Source of the DNA: Chloroflexota bacterium
GTDB lineage: Bacteria; Chloroflexota; Anaerolineae; CAYNKW01
Reading direction: 5' to 3'
Assembly (NCBI GenBank): GCA_049324835.1
Contig: JBMOMT010000044.1
Span: forward strand, 15,592-79,591
Length of the DNA: 64,000 nucleotides
Shown: one piece after another, positions 56,410 through 64,000 of the stretch
Numbering within the stretch: position 1 is the first letter of the stretch
Layout of the letters: the number at the start of each line of letters is the position of its first letter
The notes under the pieces: generated by a model
Databases searched by the model: none
Seen by the model: the letters and a program-made list of their open reading frames with translations, nothing else
What the model was told of the DNA's origin: nothing
Position numbers and translations under genes: made by a program

Positions 56410-57462
56410 CTAACCTGCCAGGAATTCGTCGATGACCGACTTGCTGATGCGATACTGGCTGCCGATCTTTTTGGCCTTGAGCTCACCGGCCTCGATCATC
56501 TGAACGATGTCGGCTTCGCTCACCTGCAAATAGGCCGCTGCCTGAGCCGGGTTCATCACGTCCGGCATGGCGGCAGGGGCCGCCTGTTGGCCCGCTGGTG
56601 GTTGAGCAGAGGGCTGCTGCATGGTCTGGCCCATGGCCGCCGCCATCTGCTGACCGATGACCAATCCGGCGCCCGCGCCAGCGCCCAGGCCGGCCATGCC
56701 GCCGCCTTCTTGCTGCGCAGCGGCCAGCATGGCATCGGCGGCTTTGAGTTGGGCGTACTTGGCCGCGTCGATCAGGCCCATCTTGCGCAGTTTTTCCTCC
56801 GAGGTATCCAACGCGTTGACCTGAGCGATGGTGATGTCTTTGAGCAAGATGCCCAGCTCGGCAAATTCCTCGTTGGCCTTGGCCTTGACAGCCACCCCCA
56901 GCTCGTCGCGCAACGACATCAGCTTGGTGATAGAGCCAGGCCGCGTGGTGCCCAGGACATCGATCAACGAGCCCTCGATGTCGGCCACCATGGCAGAGCG
57001 AATATCGCGCGTGGTATAGCTGCCCCGATTGCCCACGAACTGGGTCACAAAACGCTGCGGCTCGTTGACTTGAAAGTGAAAGGTGCCGTTGATGCCCACC
57101 AGCAGCCAGCCCCAGCCCTGGCCCGGCGTTTCCAGAGGAACCGGCCCCACGCCCCATTTTTCGTTGGGGAAATCGCGCTGGTTGACGAAAAAGACCTCGG
57201 CGGCAAAGATGGTCTTTTCATTAAAAACCAGGTTGCTGAAAAAGCTGGTGACCAGCGGGATGTTGGCGGTGGTCAGGGTGTGTCGGCCTGGACCAAACAC
57301 ATCCAGGGCTTTGCCATCGCGGAAAAAGACGGCCACCTGAGCCTCGCGCACGATGAGCTGCGAGCCGAGGCGAAAGTCGCCCATGCCTTGCTCCGGGAAA
57401 CGGCGCACCAGTTCATCGGGCCGCTCGCCGGTCAGTTGAATCACGTCCGAGATACGTGCCAT
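56410..57462 (-). CDS. SPFH-domain protein (YdjI/COG4260-like) fused to a C-terminal excisionase-type HTH
   Basis: N-terminal region VREAQVAVFFRDGKALDVFGPGRH..., a Gly/Ala/Gln linker, then MNPAQAAAYLQVSEADIVQMIEAGELKAKKIGSQYRISKSVIDEFL. Confidence 0.7.
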   Translation of the reverse strand: MARISDVIQLTGERPDELVRRFPEQGMGDFRLGSQLIVREAQVAVFFRDGKALDVFGPGRHTLTTANIPLVTSFFSNLVFNEKTIFAAEVFFVNQRDFPNEKWGVGPVPLETPGQGWGWLLVGINGTFHFQVNEPQRFVTQFVGNRGSYTTRDIRSAMVADIEGSLIDVLGTTRPGSITKLMSLRDELGVAVKAKANEEFAELGILLKDITIAQVNALDTSEEKLRKMGLIDAAKYAQLKAADAMLAAAQQEGGGMAGLGAGAGAGLVIGQQMAAAMGQTMQQPSAQPPAGQQAAPAAMPDVMNPAQAAAYLQVSEADIVQMIEAGELKAKKIGSQYRISKSVIDEFLAG

Positions 57463-57502
57463 AATGATTTCCTCCTGTCGTCAGGTGATTGGGCGGTTGC
57501 GC

Positions 57503-58030
57503 CTACAGTGAGCCGGTGATCACTTGTTCGCGCTGGTTAAAGAGATGGTTGACATCACCAGCGATGCGTTTGGCAACGGCGATGGCCTCCGCCAGGCCCT
57601 CGCCGGAATCTATGGCGGCCTGCACGGCATCGACGGCTGCCGTCACACCATCGATCTGGGCCAGCAAGTTGCTATCGAACTCGTACAGGGCGTCCAATTG
57701 CTCCTCTTTGACCTTGACGGCGTCGAAAAAGCCGGCGTAACCCATCGCCGCCCGTTCGATACGATCCACAAAGGTCTGCAAACGCCGCACCGCATCGTCC
57801 AGCGCGGTGGCCTGCTCCAGCAGCTCCAGACTGCCGCCGGCCACCAACTGGCCCTGCATATCGACCAGCCGTTGCACCTGCGCCCCAAAGTCACCGGCGA
57901 TCTTGGCGCGAAGCAGACGATCGGCCTCGCGGCGCATCTCTTTTTCCTTATAGCCGCTGTAGCCGGGGATCTTGCGCGTCAGATTCTCCAGCCCACCCAG
58001 CGATTCGACGATCTTGTCTTTAAAGTCCAT
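57503..58030 (-). CDS. Hypothetical coiled-coil protein
   Basis: 175 aa from MDFKDKIV after an AGGAGG RBS. Predicted all-helical. Contains GYSGYKEKEMRREADRLLR. No family recognised. Confidence 0.55.
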   Translation of the reverse strand: MDFKDKIVESLGGLENLTRKIPGYSGYKEKEMRREADRLLRAKIAGDFGAQVQRLVDMQGQLVAGGSLELLEQATALDDAVRRLQTFVDRIERAAMGYAGFFDAVKVKEEQLDALYEFDSNLLAQIDGVTAAVDAVQAAIDSGEGLAEAIAVAKRIAGDVNHLFNQREQVITGSL

Positions 58031-58140
58031 ACTGCCTCCTATCGTGATGTTACATAGGTTGGAATACGTCAGTCTTGAGCAAGACCCCATCGTCTGCCGC
58101 TATTATAGCCGATCTCGAAGGAAATGCCAAGACTCGCAAG

Positions 58141-59556
58141 CTATTCTATGGGCAGACCCAATGCCCGCATGGCCCGCGCGCGGTAAAAACCGGTGCGATC
58201 CAGATCGACAGCCCGCCAGAACTGCTCGCGGGCCTGGGCAGGTTGCCCGGCCTGCTGCAAAACAGCACCCAGATGATAACGCGCGCTGGCCAATTCCGGA
58301 TCCAGCGCCACGGCCCGAAGCAAGGCGCTCTCGGCCTGTTCGGCGTAACCCACCAGGTAATAGGCCCAACCCAACACGTCATGAGCCTGGGCGTTCGACG
58401 GATCCATGCGGGCCGCGCTCTGCGCCGCAGGCAAGCCGCCGGCGCGCACTCGGACGAGCCGCTCGATGTAAAAGCGGGCCAACAACAGTTGAAAATCGGC
58501 GCTCTCAGGGGCCAGTTCGGCAGCCGCGCGAAAGGCCATCTCGGCATCGGTGTAATTGTCCTGGGCCAGCCAGGCCTGGCCCAATTGGGCATAGAGCACC
58601 GGCTCGTAGGGATCGAGTTTGAGCGCCTGACGCAACTGAAAAACCGCTTCGCCCGCCCGACCGTGGCGCAAGTAGTACAGCCCCAGCAAGTATCGCGGCA
58701 GAGTCTGTGTGGGCGCCAGTTGCACGGCCCGCCACAGATGTTGTTCAGCCTCAGCAGACCGGCCCAGATAGTCGAGCGCATGGCCCAGATAGGCTCTGGC
58801 TTCGGCGTAATCGGGCGATGTGTCCACAACCCCGGCCAACACCTGCCGCGCCAGCGACCACGCCTCGACCCGCACGTACGCCTGGCCCAGCGCCGCCGCC
58901 GCGTGGATGGCGTCGCTCGCCAGAGAGAGCTGCTCCAGCTCTGCACCCAGCACGATGGCCCGCTGCGCCATTTCGAGGTCTGGGCCAGCAGCCGCGATCT
59001 GGAGGTGGTGCAGGGCCGCCTGCGGCTCGTGCCGTGCCAGGATCAGTCCCAGCCCGTAATGGGCCGACTGCCACCCAAACCGATGGTCTGGATCCCAGCG
59101 GGCCAGGATGACCTCAAAGCTGCTCTGAGCATCCACCCACGCCTCATTACGCAAATAGGCCCAGCCCAGTTGTGCCCGGGCTTCTGCCAGGTGTGGATCG
59201 CCGGTCAGAGCCGCCTGCCACTGCGCCATTGCCTCCGCTTCCAGCCCCATGCCCAGGTAGAGCTGGCCCATCAACAGGTGCAAGTGGGGCGTCCAGCCCT
59301 GCCGACGATGTACCAGCAACAGCACCGGCTGGGCCCGATCGTACCACGCCTGGGCCAGATAGGTTCGACCCAGACGCAACAGCGGAACGGCGCTGCCGGG
59401 CTGCAGTGTGGCGGCCTGGCGATATTTCTGGGCGGCAAAGGAATACTCCTGGCGGGCGACGTGGGCATCACCCTCCCGAATCAGCGCCGCCGGCTGGCGG
59501 CGCTCCGGGCCGAGTTGCAGGCCCACAACCAGCAACAGCAACAAGGCCGTTTTCAC
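58141..59556 (-). CDS. Secreted/membrane-anchored TPR-repeat protein
   Basis: GTG start (VKTALLLLLVVGL) gives a signal/anchor peptide, followed by more than 10 TPR-like A..Y..A......P....A...LG repeats. The track ORF extends to 59901, inside the upstream gene. Confidence 0.75.
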   Translation of the reverse strand: MKTALLLLLVVGLQLGPERRQPAALIREGDAHVARQEYSFAAQKYRQAATLQPGSAVPLLRLGRTYLAQAWYDRAQPVLLLVHRRQGWTPHLHLLMGQLYLGMGLEAEAMAQWQAALTGDPHLAEARAQLGWAYLRNEAWVDAQSSFEVILARWDPDHRFGWQSAHYGLGLILARHEPQAALHHLQIAAAGPDLEMAQRAIVLGAELEQLSLASDAIHAAAALGQAYVRVEAWSLARQVLAGVVDTSPDYAEARAYLGHALDYLGRSAEAEQHLWRAVQLAPTQTLPRYLLGLYYLRHGRAGEAVFQLRQALKLDPYEPVLYAQLGQAWLAQDNYTDAEMAFRAAAELAPESADFQLLLARFYIERLVRVRAGGLPAAQSAARMDPSNAQAHDVLGWAYYLVGYAEQAESALLRAVALDPELASARYHLGAVLQQAGQPAQAREQFWRAVDLDRTGFYRARAMRALGLPIE

Positions 59557-59585
59557 TCCGCGCCACACCAGCCCGCTCCTGCCGC

Positions 59586-61016
59586 TTATACCTCGGCTAC
59601 TTGCTGGCCAAAGGCCAGCAGAGCCTCCACCTGCCGCGGCGAGGGCGCTTCGGCGTAGACCCGCAGCACCGGCTCTGTGCCAGAAGGGCGAATGAGCAGC
59701 CAGCTTTCGTCGGCCAGGCAATACTTGACCCCGTCTTGGGTATCTACTGTGCGCACCGTCTGGCCGCCGATCTGTCCCGGCGCGCCGTCGACCAGACGGG
59801 CCGCCATTTCGGCCTTGGCCACGCGGTGCCGCAGTTGGACATCGCGCCGGGCATAATGGGTGGGGCCCACCGCGTGCTGTAGATCGGCCACCAACTCGCA
59901 CAGCGGCGCGGCGGCGGCGGCGAGCACCTCCAGCAGCAGCAGGCCCATCAGAATGCCGTCGCCCTCTGGAATGTGGCCGCGGATGCTCATACCGCCCGAT
60001 TCTTCACCGCCCATCAGCACATCCTCACGCAGCATGTGCTCGGCGATATGGTTGAACCCCACAGGCGTCTGGTAGAGAGGCAGGCCATAACGCGCCGCCA
60101 GCCGGTCGATCATCTGGGTCGTCGAAACGGTTTTGACCACCGGGCCACGCCAGCCTCGCGCCTCGACCAGATAACGCAGCACCAGAGCGAAAATATGATG
60201 CGCGTCCACAAAATTGCCCTTGGCATCCATAGCGCCGATGCGGTCGGCGTCACCATCGGTGGCCAGACCCACGTCGGCGTGATCGGTCTGGATGGCTGCC
60301 GCAAGGGCATTGAGATAACGCGCCATCGGTTCGGGGTGAATGCCGCCAAAGCCGGGGTTCATCTCGCCGCGGATCTCGCGGACGCGGGTGCGGGTGCGGG
60401 CCAACATCTCGCCGAAACAGCCTCTGCCAGAGCCATACATGGCATCGACCACCACACGCAACTCGCCGCGCGAGATGACATCCAGGTTGACCAGTGTGTC
60501 GAGGTGTTCGTAATAGGCCCAGGCCGGATCAAAGCGTTGGATGAGGCCATCCCTGATAGCCGCCTGTGCATCCACCTGGTTGGGACCACGTCCCTCGGCC
60601 TGAGCGGCGTCCAGATAGGCTTCTACACGGCCGTTTTGTTCCGGGCTGGCCGCGCCGCCGTAGGCCGCCTTGAGCTTGACGCCGTTGTAACGCGGCGCGT
60701 TGTGACTGGCCGTGATCATCACGCCAGCCGCGGCGCCTCTGTGCCGCACGGCATAAGAGATGGTGGGTGTGGGCGTGTCGCCTCGCGCCAGCCAAGCCAC
60801 GATGCCGTTGCCCGCCATGACGCGAGCCACCTCGGCGGCGTAACGATCCGAGAGAAAGCGGGTATCGTGGCCGATGATCACCTGGGGTTGGCTGCCGGTT
60901 GGAGCCTCTTTCAGAATATAATCGGCGATGGCCTGAGCCACCAGCCGCAGATTGGCAAAAGTAAAGGTATCCGAGATGACGGCGCGCCAGCCATCGGTGC
61001 CAAAGCGGATGCTCAT
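59586..61016 (-). CDS. Phosphoglucomutase/phosphomannomutase (alpha-D-phosphohexomutase) family
   Basis: Phosphoserine loop TASHNAPRYNG, metal loop TDGDADR and sugar loop GEESGG. Confidence 0.92.
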   Translation of the reverse strand: MSIRFGTDGWRAVISDTFTFANLRLVAQAIADYILKEAPTGSQPQVIIGHDTRFLSDRYAAEVARVMAGNGIVAWLARGDTPTPTISYAVRHRGAAAGVMITASHNAPRYNGVKLKAAYGGAASPEQNGRVEAYLDAAQAEGRGPNQVDAQAAIRDGLIQRFDPAWAYYEHLDTLVNLDVISRGELRVVVDAMYGSGRGCFGEMLARTRTRVREIRGEMNPGFGGIHPEPMARYLNALAAAIQTDHADVGLATDGDADRIGAMDAKGNFVDAHHIFALVLRYLVEARGWRGPVVKTVSTTQMIDRLAARYGLPLYQTPVGFNHIAEHMLREDVLMGGEESGGMSIRGHIPEGDGILMGLLLLEVLAAAAAPLCELVADLQHAVGPTHYARRDVQLRHRVAKAEMAARLVDGAPGQIGGQTVRTVDTQDGVKYCLADESWLLIRPSGTEPVLRVYAEAPSPRQVEALLAFGQQVAEV

Positions 61017-61066
61017 GGGGCCTCCTTACAAGGGGTTTGGAGAAGCGCGACTCTGCGCGCCACGAC

Positions 61067-61095
61067 ATTATACCCCATGTCCACTCTGATGGCAA
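61067..61095 (-). promoter_or_regulatory. Promoter of the phosphohexomutase operon
   Basis: Minus strand: TTGCCA-17 nt-TATAAT. Confidence 0.55.
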
Positions 61096-61150
61096 AAATC
61101 GGGCCTGCGGGGAACGCGTTTCAGTTCCCAAGCCACCGCCGTCCCGGCAC

Positions 61151-61186
61151 ATCAAAAGAGCGACGCTCTCGACAAGGGCGTCGCTC
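61151..61186 (-). terminator. Rho-independent terminator
   Basis: Minus strand: GAGCGACGC-11 nt loop-GCGTCGCTC followed by TTTTGATG. Confidence 0.7.
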
Positions 61187-61224
61187 CCCGAATGTTGGGC
61201 CAGGGCCCAAAACGCTGCGCCTTT

Positions 61225-61941
61225 TTACCGCTTGTAGCCGCTGATGGTGGCCTCCCCCTCACCCACCTGGATCTGCTCCAGACACACCGGCAGGTCCGAT
61301 GGGTAACGATCCAGCTCCCGATACACCAGATCGGCCACAAAATCGCTGACCCACCTGGGTGTGAGAAACCCCCCCACCTCCAGTTCGGTGATCGTCGCCT
61401 CGGGCAGGCAATCGCGCGCCGTCACCGGCCCCCGGACGGTGGCCGGTATCCACAGGCCCATGGCCCGCACCTCACCCCCCAGCTCCACCAGCCCCGGCAG
61501 AAAACGCACCGTCACGTTGCGGTAATCGAGGTTGGTCTGCGTATTCAGAAAAGCGGCCAATTCGCGCTCCACGTGGTCATCGTGCACCAGCAGCACCAGT
61601 TGCTGGCCGACACGCGCCTGCTGGAACTGCTGCTCCAGCACGGCCCGATCGGTCAGGCTGGGATCGACCACCACCAGCGGCGTGGGCGGGGTTTCGAGAC
61701 TCCAAGGCGTGGCTGTGACCGTGGCTGGCGGCAAGGTTCCAGGCGTCACCGGTGTGGGAGGGGGCGGCAAAGGTGTGGGAGTAGACAAGACGCGGCTGGG
61801 TGTCGGCGCCACAGCCGGCGGGGTGGGCGCGCTCTCGATCGGCTTCAGCCACAACCAGGCCGCCAAAATACAGGCCAGGCACACCACCAGGACTGCCAGC
61901 AAAACTGCCACCACAAGAGCTGCAAACCTCGATCCTCTCAT
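61225..61941 (-). CDS. Hypothetical membrane-anchored protein with PT-rich linker
   Basis: N-terminal TM, Pro/Thr linker and a C-terminal domain of about 150 aa with no family recognised. ATG 61941 or GTG 61947. Confidence 0.55.
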   Translation of the reverse strand: MRGSRFAALVVAVLLAVLVVCLACILAAWLWLKPIESAPTPPAVAPTPSRVLSTPTPLPPPPTPVTPGTLPPATVTATPWSLETPPTPLVVVDPSLTDRAVLEQQFQQARVGQQLVLLVHDDHVERELAAFLNTQTNLDYRNVTVRFLPGLVELGGEVRAMGLWIPATVRGPVTARDCLPEATITELEVGGFLTPRWVSDFVADLVYRELDRYPSDLPVCLEQIQVGEGEATISGYKR

Positions 61942-61991
61942 GATCACGACACCTCGCCTGTTCCAATAGATCCAAATTCTTGAGGGCTACA

Positions 61992-62089
61992 AGACCTGAC
62001 AGGTTTTTAGAGACACTTTTTGGGGCCAATGCAGTTGATCATCGAGGTGATTTTGCCGGTTATGCCCCTATGAAAAACCTGTCAGGTCT
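61992..62089. repeat. 98-bp element bounded by a 17-bp perfect inverted repeat
   Basis: AGACCTGACAGGTTTTT (61992-62008) and AAAAACCTGTCAGGTCT (62073-62089). Confidence 0.85.
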
Positions 62090-62179
62090 AAAAATTGGAT
62101 TGCTGATTTAGAATACAAAACGACGAGACCGGCTCGGCCGGCCCCGTCGCCCAATCTCGAAAAACGAGTGGCCATCCGT

Positions 62180-64000
62180 TCAGGCTGCGGCAGGAGCTTT
62201 TTTGCGCCGGAACAGGCGACCCAGTTCGCCGTTCTCCCACACCACCAGCAGCGGCACGGCCACAAAGATAGATGAATAAGTGCCGCTCAGCATACCCACC
62301 AGCATGGTGGCGATAAACTGCTCTATGCTGGCGCCGCCAAAGAGCAGCAAGGCCACCATCACGAAAATGGCGTTGAGCTGCGTGGCCAGCGAACGGTGGA
62401 TCGTCTCCAGAATGCTGCGATTGGCCACCGTCTCGAAGCTTTCGCCCCGCCGCCGCGAAATGTTCTCCCGGATGCGGTCGAACACGACGATGGTATCCTG
62501 CACCGAAAAGCCGATCACCGTCAGGATGGCCGTCAGGAACAGCGCATCCACCTCCCAGCCGAATAACACGCCAAACAGGGCGAAAAAGCCCAAAGCCACC
62601 AGGATATCGTGGATCATGGCCACGATGGCCGATACGCCGTAACGATAGGCCCGCGGCACGCGGCGGAAGGCCCACCAGATAAAGCTCAGAATCACCAGCG
62701 AGGCCACCACCACCGCCACCGTTGCCGCCCGCGTCACCTCACCGCCGATGGCCGGCGACACTGCCGTGGCGTTGCTCGCCTGGCGTACGATCTCACCCAC
62801 ACTGGCTTCCAGACCGGCCTCGATGGCAGTCAGCGTGTCAGCATCGATGAACGTCGAGCGCACCTGCCAGGTGTTCTCCGCCACATCTCCAAGCTGGCGC
62901 ACCTCTGGATTGCTGATGCCATGAGTGGCAAAGACTTCACGGATGGCATCTTCGTCGCCGGTCTCGGTGAATTTATAGACCAACAAACTGCCGCCGGTAA
63001 AGTCCACACTCAGCCGCACCGGCCCACCCGTCGTCACCGTCGCAACGACCATGGCAACGATGCCCAGACCGATGACGACCCCCGAAAGGATAAAGTACCA
63101 TTTACGTCGCCCCACGATGTCGAAAATGAAACTCGGTTTTTCTTCCGGCGCGACATCGGCCACAACCACGGCCTTTTGATCCTCACCCTCCACACCCAAC
63201 AGCCAACGCCTGTCCTTGACCCACTCGCCGACCCGGGCAAAGACGTTTTCCATGAACGTGCGTGTCACCAGCACCGCGGTAAACATGCTCACCACCACAC
63301 CGATGAACAGCGTGATGGCAAAACCGCGCACCATGCTGGCTCCAAAGTTGGAGCCAAAGTAGGCCAGAATGGCACAGGTGATGATGGTCGAGATGTTTGA
63401 ATCGCGGATAGAGGTCCAGGCCCGTTCGAAACCGGCCCGCAGCGAGGGCCACAAAGCGCGGCCGGCCCGCAGCTCTTCCTTCATACGCTCAAAGATCAGG
63501 ATGTTGGCATCCACAGCCATGCCAGTGGAAAGCAAAAAGCCGGTGATGCCGGGCAGCGTCAGCGTCACCGGCACCAGCTTGAAAGCTGCCAGGTTGATCA
63601 GGGCATACGTCACCAGGGCCAGATCGGCCAACAACCCCGGCAGCCGGTAATAGATCAGCATAAAAAGCAACACGATCACCAGGCCGATGGTGCCGGCGCG
63701 GATGCTCTTACTCACCGATTCCTGCCCCAGCGTGGGCCCCACCTTGCGTGTCGTCTCCACCCGCAGTGGAATCGGCAGCGCGCCGTAGCGCAGTTGCACC
63801 GCCAGCTTGCGCGCCTCTTCCAGCGAAAAACGGCCGGTGATGCGCCCCTGACCATCCGGGATGGCCGATTCAATCCGGGGGCAAGAGATCACCTCTTTGT
63901 CCAGCACGATACATAGAAACTGATTGATGTGGCTGGCAGTGTAATCGGCAAAGATGTCGGCCCCTTCGTTATCCAGCTCAAAGTGGATCTCGAGCCCTCC
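62180..64000 (-). CDS. secDF: Protein translocase subunit SecDF (fused); 5' end beyond the window
   Basis: The frame stays open upstream of the track start to base 64000 (...FELDNEGADIFADYTASHINQFLCIVLDKEVISCPRIESAI). A SecD TM bundle is followed by SecF (periplasmic domain plus 5 TM). Confidence 0.9.
   Translation of the reverse strand, partial: GGLEIHFELDNEGADIFADYTASHINQFLCIVLDKEVISCPRIESAIPDGQGRITGRFSLEEARKLAVQLRYGALPIPLRVETTRKVGPTLGQESVSKSIRAGTIGLVIVLLFMLIYYRLPGLLADLALVTYALINLAAFKLVPVTLTLPGITGFLLSTGMAVDANILIFERMKEELRAGRALWPSLRAGFERAWTSIRDSNISTIITCAILAYFGSNFGASMVRGFAITLFIGVVVSMFTAVLVTRTFMENVFARVGEWVKDRRWLLGVEGEDQKAVVVADVAPEEKPSFIFDIVGRRKWYFILSGVVIGLGIVAMVVATVTTGGPVRLSVDFTGGSLLVYKFTETGDEDAIREVFATHGISNPEVRQLGDVAENTWQVRSTFIDADTLTAIEAGLEASVGEIVRQASNATAVSPAIGGEVTRAATVAVVVASLVILSFIWWAFRRVPRAYRYGVSAIVAMIHDILVALGFFALFGVLFGWEVDALFLTAILTVIGFSVQDTIVVFDRIRENISRRRGESFETVANRSILETIHRSLATQLNAIFVMVALLLFGGASIEQFIATMLVGMLSGTYSSIFVAVPLLVVWENGELGRLFRRKKAPAAA

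Overview
High-GC bacterial chromosomal segment. Gene content and the short repeat families fit a filamentous Chloroflexota (Anaerolineae/Caldilineae-like) genome, but that is inference only. I call about 48 protein genes, mostly on the minus strand. Most are core functions: a glycine cleavage operon behind a tandem glycine riboswitch, metG-rdgB, rpsA-clpC-radA-ftsH, secDF, phosphohexomutase and an envelope cluster. Also present: an ABC-2 exporter linked to a DesK-type kinase, two MacAB/HlyD-like exporter modules, and a seven-gene Ser/Thr-kinase/PP2C/FHA/vWA operon ending in an orphan response regulator. I found no rRNA, tRNA, CRISPR array, transposase, integrase or phage genes. Many long ORFs in the track are antisense shadows typical of high-GC DNA. 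Several track ORFs carry spurious N-terminal extensions; the track also translates GTG/TTG starts as M. There is no clear-cut novel system. The best candidates for follow-up are: (1) the kinase/phosphatase/J-domain-vWA/FHA/81-aa/response-regulator operon; (2) a large Zn-ribbon methyltransferase-like protein with a degenerate catalytic motif next to a pseudokinase; (3) two related MITE-like families, one flanked by 8-bp target-site duplications; (4) an unclassified terminator/antiterminator leader upstream of metG; (5) an ABC ATPase with an AbrB/SpoVT-like C-terminal domain; (6) an SPFH protein fused to an excisionase-type HTH. Coordinates of small elements were read by eye and may be off by 1-2 nt.
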